A stretch of 64,000 nucleotides of DNA from an uncultured Bacillota bacterium (GTDB lineage Bacteria; Bacillota; Clostridia; Oscillospirales; Oscillospiraceae): assembly GCA_947172355.1 (NCBI GenBank), contig CAMWBA010000001.1, positions 3,196 through 67,195 of the forward strand. The letters are read 5' to 3'. Below the pieces are notes generated by a model that saw nothing but the letters and a program-made list of their open reading frames with translations, was not told the DNA's origin and ran no database searches. A program made the translations under genes and the position numbers. Positions 39,075-48,529 of the stretch are shown here, in pieces; the first letter of the stretch is position 1; each line of letters opens with the position of its first letter.

Positions 39075-40364
39075 ATGAAACAGGACATGATTGTTGTACT
39101 GGACCTGGGCAGCGAGGAAAATCCCAAGATCGCCCGGGAGATCCGCACCTTGGGGGTCTATTCCGAGATTCATCCCCATGACATTACCCTGGCGGAGCTG
39201 AAGGCTCTGCCCAACGTGAAGGGCATCATTCTCAACGGCGGTCCCAACCGGGTGGTGGATGGTATGGAGATCGACGTGGCCCAAGAAATTTATGACTGCG
39301 ACATCCCAGCCCTGCTGGTGGACCACCGGGGAGATGCCCCTTGGCCCGCCAATGCTCAGGAGCGTCAGACCGCGCTGCAAAACTTTATTTTCACTATCTG
39401 CGGCGCCGAAGCCAACTGGAATATGGACAATTTTATTGCCGACCAGGTAGAGCTGATTCGCCGTCAGGTGGGCGATAAGAAGGTGTTGCTGGCCCTGTCT
39501 GGAGGGGTGGACTCTTCGGTGGTAGCCGCCTTGCTCATTCAAGCTATTGGCAAACAGCTCACCTGTGTCCATGTCAACCACGGTCTGCTGCGCAAGGGCG
39601 AACCGGAACAAGTGGTGAAGGTATTCCGGGATGAGATGGACGCCAACCTGATCTATGTGGACGCGGTGGACCGTTTCTTGGATAAACTTGCCGGGGTGTC
39701 CAACCCGGAACAGAAACGGAAAATCATTGGTGCGGAGTTTATCCGAGTCTTCGAGGAGGAAGCCCGCAAACTGGATGGAATCAAGTTCTTAGGACAGGGG
39801 ACCATCTATCCCGACATCATTGAGAGCGGCACCAAGACCGTGAAAGCTGTTAAAAGCCATCACAACGTAGGCGGCTTGCCCGATGACCTGGACTTTGAGC
39901 TGGTAGAGCCTTTGAAGATGCTGTTTAAGGATGAAGTCCGCGCCTGCGGCAAAGCGCTGGGGCTGCCGGACTCCATGGTCTACCGCCAGCCCTTCCCAGG
40001 TCCCGGTCTGGGGGTGCGGTGCCTGGGAGCCATCACCCGAGATCGTCTGGAGGCAGTGCGGGAGTCCGATGCCATCCTGCGGGAAGAGTTTGCCAAACAC
40101 GGCTTGGAAGGTAAAGTGTGGCAGTACTTCACCGCCATCCCTGACCTAAAGTCGGTGGGCGTCCGGGATAACCAGCGCACTGACGAATGGTGTGTCATCA
40201 TCCGGGCCGTCAACACTGTGGACGCTATGACCGCCACGGTGGAAAACGTGCCCTTTGATCTGCTCCAGCATATCACCGCCCGAATGACCAGCGAGGTCAA
40301 GGGAGTCAATCGGGTGCTCTTTGATTTAACCACCAAACCGACCGGGACAATTGAGTGGGAGTGA
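39075..40364 (+). CDS. guaA: GMP synthase with vestigial glutaminase domain
   Basis: ALSGGVDSSV, QGTIYPD, KSHHNVGG, RQPFPGPG, TIEWE; only 429 aa. Confidence 0.93.
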   Translation: MKQDMIVVLDLGSEENPKIAREIRTLGVYSEIHPHDITLAELKALPNVKGIILNGGPNRVVDGMEIDVAQEIYDCDIPALLVDHRGDAPWPANAQERQTALQNFIFTICGAEANWNMDNFIADQVELIRRQVGDKKVLLALSGGVDSSVVAALLIQAIGKQLTCVHVNHGLLRKGEPEQVVKVFRDEMDANLIYVDAVDRFLDKLAGVSNPEQKRKIIGAEFIRVFEEEARKLDGIKFLGQGTIYPDIIESGTKTVKAVKSHHNVGGLPDDLDFELVEPLKMLFKDEVRACGKALGLPDSMVYRQPFPGPGLGVRCLGAITRDRLEAVRESDAILREEFAKHGLEGKVWQYFTAIPDLKSVGVRDNQRTDEWCVIIRAVNTVDAMTATVENVPFDLLQHITARMTSEVKGVNRVLFDLTTKPTGTIEWE

Positions 40365-40460
40365 TTTCGCGGAACCGGAAAGCCTTGATATGACTGGATT
40401 TTTCAAGGCTTAGACCCCTCTGTGGCAACAATTTGGCAACATTTTTTCATTATTCACAAG

Positions 40461-40500
40461 AAAAGAGCTAACTGGTTTTGTTTGGGCCAGTTAGCTCTTT
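40461..40500. terminator. bidirectional terminator
   Basis: aaaagagctaactgg-loop-ccagttagctcttt. Confidence 0.75.
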
Positions 40501-40508
40501 TTGTATTC

Positions 40509-40718
40509 CTATATCATACCAAAATAGGCAAACGCATCTTTGATATATTCCATTTTCTTTGGTGGACAAGGTTCCTCTCGATTATCAGGTGAAATTCTGT
40601 TAGGAGAATTCTTCACAGGGATACCACAGACTTCCTTCATGTGGGCAATCCAACACGTCTTTGGCAGAAAACCATATTTCTCTTTCACATAAGACTGTAT
40701 CTCTTTATATGTGGCCAT
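40509..40718 (-). CDS. small protein resembling the C-terminal tail domain of some RlmD/RumA methyltransferases
   Basis: ATYKEIQSYVKEKYG...IAHMKEVCG...CPPKK...IKDAFAYFGMI; RBS ggagg. Confidence 0.65.
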   Translation of the reverse strand: MATYKEIQSYVKEKYGFLPKTCWIAHMKEVCGIPVKNSPNRISPDNREEPCPPKKMEYIKDAFAYFGMI

Positions 40719-40752
40719 AAAAGTTCCTCCCATATAAGCACTATTGTTTTAG

Positions 40753-41256
40753 CTATTCAATTAGGTCATCGCTAAGTTTTTGGGATATGACTATAGCAGT
40801 CCGTTGGTTGGTGTCAAATTCTGGGTAGCGGTAACGCCAACGATCATAGTCCTCTTGGCTGATCTCCCCGGCTTTGAGCATGGCAGCGGCCTAACGCCAG
40901 GAGCAGAGCATTTCGTGCAGGCGGGCGGCGTCTTTGTTGTGGCGCACATTGACTCGCAGGCAGACCTCCCCATCCAGTTCATCAATGGTAAGGCCATACC
41001 TGTCCTCCAAGGTAAACAAAGTGTGCATCAAGCCGAGGAAGGAATCAATATCTGGTACAGAAAGCGCCAGCGGTGACACACTCAAGGCATTGACTAGTGA
41101 AGCGGTCAAATCAGCCTTTGGCGTTCTCGCTCCAGTCTCATATTGCGCCAGCCGGACATCAGCGGAGCGTTCGGGGAACCCCACCACCTGACCGAGAAAC
41201 TTTTGTGTGACACCTTTCTTATTGCGGAAAAAGCGAATACGTTCACCGATTGCCAT
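40753..41256 (-). pseudogene. ICE-type XRE regulator with premature TAG
   Basis: MAIGERIRFFR...QYETGARTPK; after the TAG at 40893-40891 the frame continues AAAMLKAGEISQEDYDRWRYRYPEFDT... to a stop at 40753. Confidence 0.75.
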
Positions 41257-41332
41257 CTAATGGTCACCGTATCTTTCGGGAAATTGCAGAGCCGATAACC
41301 ACGTTTTCATTTGCGTGTTCTCGGTTCTGCGT

Positions 41333-41511
41333 CTATGCGTCTGGCTCTTTGATAATGGTAACATTAAATTGGTTCATATTAATCAAGATTTCAGCTTTGC
41401 ATTTCGGACAAAACAGTGGAAAATTACGGAGTTCTGTATCACTTTTACTTTAATTCTCGCTTTGCTTTTACATACCGGGCACAATATCCACTTGAAGCAA
41501 TTACTATCCAT
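41333..41511 (-). pseudogene. cysteine-rich KTR small protein, frameshifted
   Basis: WILCPVCKSKARIKVK / DTELRNFPLFCPKCK...IKEPDA*; 179 nt, 1-nt loss in an A-run near 41443. Confidence 0.7.
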
Positions 41512-41539
41512 AGAAGTTCCTGCCTTTCCTCTGGTGCAA

Positions 41540-42148
41540 TCACGATCTACTCAGCAGAGCATTGACCTTATATTTTACCAGTCCATGCTTTGTACAGTAT
41601 AGGTAGAGGCTTGCTCCGTTTCGCATATTGGGAAAGCGAAAGGCAGGGTTTTGCTCCGGGTATAGCCTGTTAAGCCAAATGCGGTCATCATTTACACAAG
41701 CAACAAACAAGAGATAATGATTTCGCCTCATTTCATGGCTTATAGTGGCATAATACTCGTCCTCAATTTCTTCCACTTTTGGGCCATGGCTGTAGTCAGC
41801 CGTAGCTGGACATAAAGGCTGCAACTGCCGCCCACAGCAGGCAATAGAGGCTGTTCCTGTGCTTGTGAGGATATTTCCGCAGGAAGGGCAGACGTAAAAC
41901 TGTATCCTGTCTATCTTCCCTACATCGGGCCGGTTGGGTTTCAACTCCCCCTGGAGCAGCTTGAGAATATCCGCCCCCAGAACATTGGCAAGGTCTTCCC
42001 ACAGAGACACATCTGGACACCCCAAGCCGCACTCCCATTTCGAGACTGTCTTATTGCTGATATTGAGTTGGTCAGCAACCTGTTTCTGCGTTAGTCCTTT
42101 TTCTGTGCGAAGCTGCAGAATCAGTTTTCCAACCTTCATGCAATCCAT
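41540..42148 (-). CDS. XRE HTH fused to a desulfoferrodoxin/superoxide-reductase-like domain
   Basis: HTH (LTQKQVA..LNISNKTVSKWE), CPSCGN...CCG, HEM...HY, YCTKHG. Confidence 0.8.
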   Translation of the reverse strand: MDCMKVGKLILQLRTEKGLTQKQVADQLNISNKTVSKWECGLGCPDVSLWEDLANVLGADILKLLQGELKPNRPDVGKIDRIQFYVCPSCGNILTSTGTASIACCGRQLQPLCPATADYSHGPKVEEIEDEYYATISHEMRRNHYLLFVACVNDDRIWLNRLYPEQNPAFRFPNMRNGASLYLYCTKHGLVKYKVNALLSRS

Positions 42149-42166
42149 TTTTTAACCTCCTTCCGA

Positions 42167-42688
42167 TTATAAATATCGGGCAATAATCTGAACCAGACGT
42201 ATGGGCAGTTGTTTAAGATCACTGATGTCGATAAACCGTTCCTGCCCGTAAATCTGGCAGATTGCGTTCTTATCCTGCCCGATGGCGGCAGCCAGGAAGC
42301 TCACGCCCTTACGGTTATATTCTCTGATGATCTGCTTCATATCCTCTGCCGCCGAATTGCCGGAATAGTCCGGCATGGCTTTCGGCTGGCCGTCACTGAG
42401 ACTAATTAGCAGCTTTGTTGACTGCGGCGCTCCTAGCAGCTTTTCAGACAGCACTCGGAGCGCCATACCATCCCGGTTGTTGCTGATGCCCTGCATGGAC
42501 ATGATTGCGTACTTGTCGTTCAAGGCAGGTTCCGCCCAATCCAGGTAGGCGTACATCGACATCTTTTCCAAAGCGGAGCGGTCAGCGGTGTCGCCATAGA
42601 TCAGCGTAGGAATACCGCAGGCTTCACAAAACTTGCAAACGGCAATCGCCGCTTCCTTCATCGCTGGTATCGGCACTACGGGTTTCAA
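42167..42688 (-). pseudogene. vWA-domain protein (NorD/CobT-like), 5'-deleted
   Basis: NRDGMAL, LISLSDGQP, AAAIG; lacks the N-terminal DxSxS MIDAS part and has no clear start or RBS. Confidence 0.7.
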
Positions 42689-42739
42689 GCGTTATCTCTG
42701 AATAGCCGTCGGCATGGCCCTCGCTGTCGGCAGTCTTTT

Positions 42740-43250
42740 TCAAGGAAACAGCGGGCGGCATCCGTTATACCCTCGGTTGGTGGTAATGACAGCGATAAAA
42801 TCCGGATGCCGGTGGACGATGCGGGTGGGCAGGTTTATACTACCATCCGGCTCCAATGCGGAGTTGAGCGCCATCAAGACCGCCGCGTCCCGGATCACCA
42901 TTGGCTCCTGGATTTCCAAAAGCCAGCCGTTCTCATAGGCCCGCACAATTTCGGAGGGGTAATACTGGTACTCCATGCTGCTCTGTTGGCCGTCTTGTTC
43001 CGGCAGTACCGGCAGGATTGCTCCCAACACATCGGACTTATCCATATCCGCAAAGCAGGTCACTTTCGTATAAGGGAGGCCAAAATCAGCGGACAGCGCC
43101 TTTGCCAACTGCGTTTTGCCGGAACCGGCATCACCTTCCAGCAGAATAATGGAGATTTTCATTTCCCCACGATGCCAGTTCCGTTTGACCGCTGGACTTT
43201 TCATCTTCTGTCAACTGTCTGGCCGGTGACAGAAGCCATTTCTGCCCCAT
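42740..43250 (-). pseudogene. MoxR/NorQ-type AAA+ ATPase, truncated
   Basis: LLEGDAGSGKT, LEIQE, HPDF..V.TTNRGY.GCRPL then an abrupt stop; N-terminus in a different frame. Confidence 0.75.
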
Positions 43251-43252
43251 TT

Positions 43253-43717
43253 TCAATAACACTCCAATTCTTCAACAATTCTGGCCAGCGTCCTGAAACG
43301 TTCGCCGGTCAGTTCTCCCAGGTCGTTCAGCGCCTGGGAAAAGTCTCGAATATCCTTCGTGATATTCGGGTTTTCTGTACAAATCGACACAGGAAGGGCG
43401 TCTCCCTGCAATCCGATTCGCTCAATGGTGGGGTTGTCAGGGTCATATAGCAGAGGAAAGCGATAAGCCTCCTTAAAGTACAGCAGTGTGCGGCTGAGGA
43501 CGATCATCAAATCGAACACCTGATGGATGGGGAGTTCGGCGCTCATCTTCAGTGTACCATCCTCCTGCGCTGTCCACAACTGCGCCGCAATCTGCATGGA
43601 CTGGTTTTCTTCCAGGGCGGGAGCGCCCAGCGTAATCCGTTTGATGTGGGAGCGGTAGGCGTTGCGGCCGTCCACGCGGTCATAACCTTCTGCGGACACG
43701 ACAATTTTCTCGTTCAC
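43253..43717 (-). CDS. DUF6530-like protein
   Basis: YDRVDGRNAY, ELPIH, EAYR, IERIGLQGDA; GTGA overlap with the upstream gene. Confidence 0.6.
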   Translation of the reverse strand: MNEKIVVSAEGYDRVDGRNAYRSHIKRITLGAPALEENQSMQIAAQLWTAQEDGTLKMSAELPIHQVFDLMIVLSRTLLYFKEAYRFPLLYDPDNPTIERIGLQGDALPVSICTENPNITKDIRDFSQALNDLGELTGERFRTLARIVEELECY

Positions 43718-44067
43718 CCCCAAATCCTCCTTGCCTGCGGTGTTTCCATAAGGCATCTCTCCAGCAGCAATTTCAATTCATCCGTGTAGTCGTCTGTCGT
43801 ACTTTCATATTCAAGAATTTTAGCAGCCGAAAACTCGAAATTGGGTTCGCCGTACCGATTCCACAATTCCTGAAGTTGCTTGTTCGGATGGCCGTTTGCG
43901 GACAGCTTAAAGCGATTGCTATTAAAATCCGCTTTTGTATCCTTGGAAATTCCCAGGAACAAATCACCCGTGGTTTTGCAGCGAATGGAAATAACCCCCA
44001 TTTCCGGGCGGCGATTTTTCCATGCGTCTAAAAGTTCTCTTTTTCTTTTGATGTCCATATTTTTCAC
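43714..44067 (-). CDS. GIY-YIG-like nuclease domain protein
   Basis: MGVISIRC..TG..FLG.S, RFKL..GHPNKQLQELWNRYG..NFEF. Confidence 0.7.
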   Translation of the reverse strand: MKNMDIKRKRELLDAWKNRRPEMGVISIRCKTTGDLFLGISKDTKADFNSNRFKLSANGHPNKQLQELWNRYGEPNFEFSAAKILEYESTTDDYTDELKLLLERCLMETPQARRIWG

Positions 44068-44156
44068 CTTAGTTCATATTTTATCGTATAAAGTCTACGA
44101 AAGCAATCCACGCTCCGTAGACCTGCATCAAAGGGATAGATTAGGCAGAGCATGCC

Positions 44157-44400
44157 TTATGCCTGCTCTGCCCGCCAGTTCCCGCCACAGGTCATGTTGT
44201 GCTGCTTCATGGTGTCAAAATCCTGGTACTTGTCAATCATGGCAATGAATTTCTCGGCAGACCGTTTGCCCTGGTTGTAGCCCTTGACGGATTTCTCCAA
44301 CTCGGTGATCTCTTTGGAAAGCGCCTCCTGCTCCTTGGCGTACTGCGCGTCCAGGGCGGCATACCGGGCATCCGGCAGACGGCCCAAGGCATTGTCCTCA
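44157..44400 (-). pseudogene. C-terminal fragment of a TnpX-like large serine recombinase
   Basis: EDNALGRLPDARYAALDAQYAKEQEAL...SAEKFIAMIDKY; no catalytic domain present. Confidence 0.7.
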
Positions 44401-44434
44401 CATAATGTTTCTGCTAAAATATTGTTTTGAAAAT

Positions 44435-44470
44435 TCCCAGAGAGGCAGAAAATCATTTGCCTCTCTGGGA
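44435..44470. terminator. terminator closing the SSS-hydrolase operon
   Basis: tcccagagaggca-loop-tgcctctctggga. Confidence 0.7.
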
Positions 44471-44477
44471 GTAAACT

Positions 44478-45371
44478 TCAGCTTAAATTTAATTTTTGGA
44501 ACAGCGGATTATAAAACTCTTGCTTCAACAGCTCTTTTGCTCCGTAATTCGGATATTCCGGCCATAGTGTGTCTTCATCAATATTCATGTACAATGGGAA
44601 GTGGCGATCCGCAAATGAAATATCGAGCGGCTGATTTAATTCTTTCGCTTGTTGCCGGAGTCGTTCTGCAGTATCCTGGGCCCAGATGTGCAGCGCATCC
44701 GTCATGATACTGACCGCCTGTTCCGGGCATCGCTCCAGCAGGACCTCCAGCATGTAATAATATACGCGATTGCACAGAGACGAAAAGCCGCTTTTTCCAT
44801 CTACCGGCGCACCAGAAATGTCAGGCTTTTTATAGTTGGGATCGAATTCCGAAAAGCACTGCGGCTTTAGCTCCTTTGGAACATTAGCCTTGCGGAGAAC
44901 AACATGGAAATCACAGTAGCCGTCTCCATCTTCGGTAAGTGTTCTGGCGAGATTTACCTGAGTCAGTCCATAGGCATATTCTTGATAACAGGCTCGATGA
45001 AACTCCTCGCAGTAGATCCTTCCAATTTTCTTTGCGCCATATTCCTCCCATACCTGTGCCATAGGGCAAATCAGTGTATGAGAATTGCGTTCCTCCTCCG
45101 TAAGCAGCAGTCTGTCACGCCGGAACCTGGGGTCGGAAGGAAGATCACTGCATACTGCGAACAAGCTGTGCATATTGATTTTTACATTAAGATCAAGGTG
45201 CTTTTGCCGGCGTTTTCTTCCCCGGTCCTTTCCATAGCGACGGGTTGCTTCCCGGACGATACTGTCCCCGGCTTCTCCCAGAGCCTCTATAATCTGGCGG
45301 GCTAACAGAGCGTACATGATTGTATAACTGTCTTGAAGATGAATAACCTCCATCTGCTGTTCTGAATACAT
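44478..45371 (-). CDS. ATC (2-aminothiazoline-4-carboxylate) hydrolase-like protein A
   Basis: A.RRYG..RG, ICPMA..W, YCEEFH, TLTEDGDGYCDF motifs plus a partial second helical repeat. Confidence 0.7.
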   Translation of the reverse strand: MYSEQQMEVIHLQDSYTIMYALLARQIIEALGEAGDSIVREATRRYGKDRGRKRRQKHLDLNVKINMHSLFAVCSDLPSDPRFRRDRLLLTEEERNSHTLICPMAQVWEEYGAKKIGRIYCEEFHRACYQEYAYGLTQVNLARTLTEDGDGYCDFHVVLRKANVPKELKPQCFSEFDPNYKKPDISGAPVDGKSGFSSLCNRVYYYMLEVLLERCPEQAVSIMTDALHIWAQDTAERLRQQAKELNQPLDISFADRHFPLYMNIDEDTLWPEYPNYGAKELLKQEFYNPLFQKLNLS

Positions 45372-45386
45372 ATACTCCGCCTCCCT

Positions 45387-46220
45387 TTATAATTTTAATA
45401 CGGCTAAAAGCTTCTGATATAGCTGTTTAGACAAGGGCACCGCCTCTGGATCCGAGGCATTGAGCGCACAATTTCTGGATAAGAAATCCAAATCCATCGG
45501 CTGTTCCATACTGGAGGCACGCATCTTCAGGAAAGAGGCGAGCATCTCAATTCCGGCTGACAGTGCCTCTTCCGGCCAGCCAATATTTGCTTCGCACCGG
45601 CTGAACGCCTGCACAAGATATTCGGCTGACCGGTGCCATATCACGCTTGCCTGATTGAGTTCCTGATGAAGTTCTGCTGTTATAGGCTCCTCCGCAAAGG
45701 AGTTAAAAGAATCTTTCTGCCACCCTGCTCCAAAATTCCCGGGGCGGTAGTAGCTCGCGATTCTGCAGTGGGTGTCCCGCAGTTCGGTCAACACCTCAGA
45801 CACGTTGACCTGAGCTATTTTTTCTGTATAGGCCTCAATACACGCAGCGGTATACTCTTCGCAAAACACCTTGCCCTCGGCTTCTCCGTTGCACAGCTTC
45901 ATCATCCGGGCAAAGGGACACCGTATTACGTCAAACAGAGCGACTTGTTCGTTTAATTGCTGCTGATAAACGTAGAATCTCGGATCATAAAAGCGAGTGC
46001 AAGGATATGTATAGAAGTTGGCCAGATTGATTTTCTTTCCAGCTTTCCGATGCTCCTCCCGTTCAGAAGCTCCTATATACCCCCCATAGCACCGGACAAC
46101 TGCCCGCAAAGCGGATTCGCCATCAGGATGTGCCTGGAGCAGTGCTTTAGAGAGAAACAAATACAGGATACTCCAAGTGTCTTGAAGATTTTGCGCTTCC
46201 AGCTCAAAAATACGATTCAT
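45387..46220 (-). CDS. ATC hydrolase-like protein B (paralogue of A)
   Basis: DPRF, RCPFA, FCEEYT, QVNVSEVLTE.RDTHC are collinear with protein A. Confidence 0.65.
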   Translation of the reverse strand: MNRIFELEAQNLQDTWSILYLFLSKALLQAHPDGESALRAVVRCYGGYIGASEREEHRKAGKKINLANFYTYPCTRFYDPRFYVYQQQLNEQVALFDVIRCPFARMMKLCNGEAEGKVFCEEYTAACIEAYTEKIAQVNVSEVLTELRDTHCRIASYYRPGNFGAGWQKDSFNSFAEEPITAELHQELNQASVIWHRSAEYLVQAFSRCEANIGWPEEALSAGIEMLASFLKMRASSMEQPMDLDFLSRNCALNASDPEAVPLSKQLYQKLLAVLKL

Positions 46221-46936
46221 ATTAAACTCCTCTCCCGGCACATTTCGCAAAAATGGGAGAAATATGCCGCCATATCTGGCCCATCCATATCATAACGATC
46301 TGGACCGGTCATACGCTCCGGATGCCATTGTACTGCCAGAATAGGCAGTTCCCGGTGCTCGATACCCTCTACGATCTGTCCATCGTGAGAAAATGCGACA
46401 GGAATTAAGCCTTCGCCCAAGCAATCAATCGCTTGATGATGATAGCTGTTCACCTGAAGCACGGCTCCAAAAGTTTTTCGAAGCCAGGAACATTCCGCCG
46501 TCGTCAAATCGTGAACACTATGATAAGGGTGAACAAATCCACGATCATGCTCAAGGTCTTGGATCAACGTACCGCCAAAATAGGTGTTCAGAATTTGAAG
46601 TCCCCGGCAGATTCCCATAATCGGTTTTTTCCGCTGTACAAAAAGCTGACATAGCGCCAATTCCAGCTGATCTCGCCAAGGATCTATTTTTCCGCACAAG
46701 CCACTATCGCTTTGACCATAGCGTTCCGGTGCGACATCTTCCCCACCGGTAAGAAAAAGGCCCTGGGACAAATCAGCCAGCTGTTCAAGAGAAGATACTT
46801 CATTTCCGCCTGGGACAAGGGGGATACCGTCATTTTGCATAATACAATTTCCATAGTTTTGATAGACATGTAGCTGAGGAAATCCTCTTGAGGTATCCTC
46901 TAGGCCTCCTGTCATCAGAATAATTGGCTGCATCAT
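46217..46936 (-). CDS. gamma-glutamyl hydrolase (PuuD / peptidase C26, class I GATase fold)
   Basis: LTGGEDV.P..YG, MGICRGLQ, VNSYHHQAI, VQWHPE triad intact. Confidence 0.9.
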   Translation of the reverse strand: MMQPIILMTGGLEDTSRGFPQLHVYQNYGNCIMQNDGIPLVPGGNEVSSLEQLADLSQGLFLTGGEDVAPERYGQSDSGLCGKIDPWRDQLELALCQLFVQRKKPIMGICRGLQILNTYFGGTLIQDLEHDRGFVHPYHSVHDLTTAECSWLRKTFGAVLQVNSYHHQAIDCLGEGLIPVAFSHDGQIVEGIEHRELPILAVQWHPERMTGPDRYDMDGPDMAAYFSHFCEMCRERSLI

Positions 46937-47004
46937 TATCAATCTCCTGTCAAACCTGAGAGAACTACCATACACGGAGCAGGGCAGTTCTCCCGGCTAT
47001 TTGG

Positions 47005-47115
47005 TTATTTGGATTTCTTACGGGAATAGTTGGGCCATTCCTTAATAAACTGATAAATCATCCAGACGATAAAGCCGGACAGTACAGCAATGCTTCCATA
47101 CACAAAAGCGTCCAT
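47005..47115 (-). CDS. 36-aa membrane peptide, probable symporter accessory subunit
   Basis: MDAFVYGSIAVLSGFIVWMIYQFIKEWPNYSRKKSK; RBS aggagg; directly after the SSS gene. Confidence 0.7.
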   Translation of the reverse strand: MDAFVYGSIAVLSGFIVWMIYQFIKEWPNYSRKKSK

Positions 47116-47140
47116 GATATTCCTCCTATTATCAGCGGCG

Positions 47141-48529
47141 TCACTGCCGGATATTGACGGTCTTTGCATCCTTGGCGAAGGGTGTGATAGCAAACAAGAG
47201 AACAGCGCTGAACAAAATCCCATATACAATAGCAGGCAGATTGAACAGAACAAAACCGTTCAGCTCACAGATGAGGGCCAGCGCGCCCCCGCCGATAATT
47301 GCGATCATAGCGGCGGTATAGGATTTCTTGCCCTTAGAGAAGATTCCCCACAGCATCGGTGCCAGACAGCCGCCTACATAAGCGGTGGAGCTGAGTGTCC
47401 AGACAGACATCACGTCGGGCAGCAGCAGCGCAAAGCCCAAGCCCAGCAGACCAACAATCAGCACAGAGGCCTTTGTCACAACGAGCATCTGACGGTCGCT
47501 GGCGTTTGGATTTATGTATGTCTTGTAAATATCCACAGATAGATTGGTCGCGCCAGACAGCATATAGGAATCAGCGGTGGACATAATGGCGGCCATCAGC
47601 GCGGCGACGCAGAGCCCTTTGATTCCAACGGGCAGATAGGTCATCAGCAGAGTGGCAAACACCATATCCTTGCCGGTTTCGGCGGGCAGAAGTTTTACGG
47701 CGGCCAACCCCATCACAATAGACATCACCAGCAGCAAACTCTGGGGGATAGAAGCGATCAGAGTGCTCAATCGAGCGGTGTTACCATCTTTCGCGGAGAA
47801 AAACCGAGCATAGCGGTTGCCGTCAATGAGAACAGGAAGAGAGGTGGCGCACAGAATTTTCAGAGCGCCTGAGGTATTGATTTCCAAATGGGAGGCGGGT
47901 ACGCTCTGAGAGATGCCCTCCCAACCGCCTACGTTGGAATAAATAATGCCTGCCGCTATAACGATGCCGCCGGCTAAGAAGACAAATTGAACATAGTCGG
48001 TCATAGCTACGCCCCACATACCGCTGGAGAGGGTATAGGCCAGGATGATTGCCATACCAATGATCATCCCAAGCTTCATGTCGACACCCAGCAGCAGGTG
48101 GATGCATGTGCCCAGGGCGATAGACTGCATTGCGGGGCCAGTGCCCATCATGTAGATTGCGCAAAAGAGTCCGCCGAGGACCTGGCAGTTCTTTCCATAT
48201 ACCCGGCCAAGCATTTCAGGCGCTGTAAATCCGCCAATATTCCGCATCTTTTTTGCCACAAATAGTGCCATAAAAATGTTGATTCCCAGCAGAATTACAG
48301 TCTTAGGGACCTCAATCAAACCGCTCATGTAAGCGTTTCCTACACTGCCGGTCAGGGCCCCGCCGCCTACCGCCGTGGCCAGCAGGGTGGCGGTCATGAC
48401 GGACAGGCCCAGCTTTTTATCCGCTACGGCAAAGTCGCTCATGCTGTCATTTGTTTTGAAATAGAGGCCGACTCCGACCATGGCCAGCATATAGCCGATA
48501 ACTAGGACCCAATCTAATGTTCCAATCAT
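47141..48529 (-). CDS. sodium:solute symporter (SSS) family transporter
   Basis: about 13 TM segments; YTLSSGMWGVAMTDYVQ, AAIMSTADS. Confidence 0.92.
   Translation of the reverse strand: MIGTLDWVLVIGYMLAMVGVGLYFKTNDSMSDFAVADKKLGLSVMTATLLATAVGGGALTGSVGNAYMSGLIEVPKTVILLGINIFMALFVAKKMRNIGGFTAPEMLGRVYGKNCQVLGGLFCAIYMMGTGPAMQSIALGTCIHLLLGVDMKLGMIIGMAIILAYTLSSGMWGVAMTDYVQFVFLAGGIVIAAGIIYSNVGGWEGISQSVPASHLEINTSGALKILCATSLPVLIDGNRYARFFSAKDGNTARLSTLIASIPQSLLLVMSIVMGLAAVKLLPAETGKDMVFATLLMTYLPVGIKGLCVAALMAAIMSTADSYMLSGATNLSVDIYKTYINPNASDRQMLVVTKASVLIVGLLGLGFALLLPDVMSVWTLSSTAYVGGCLAPMLWGIFSKGKKSYTAAMIAIIGGGALALICELNGFVLFNLPAIVYGILFSAVLLFAITPFAKDAKTVNIRQ

Noticed and set aside
40891-40893. In-frame TAG in the XRE gene as possible pyrrolysine or readthrough recoding
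   Set aside because: No pyl genes are visible and neighbouring genes are also broken; a nonsense mutation is simpler
46217-46936. C26 hydrolase as the missing glutaminase subunit of the truncated GuaA
   Set aside because: Its motifs (GGEDV.P..YG, NSYHHQ) are PuuD-type and it belongs to an accessory operon; nothing beyond proximity links it to GuaA
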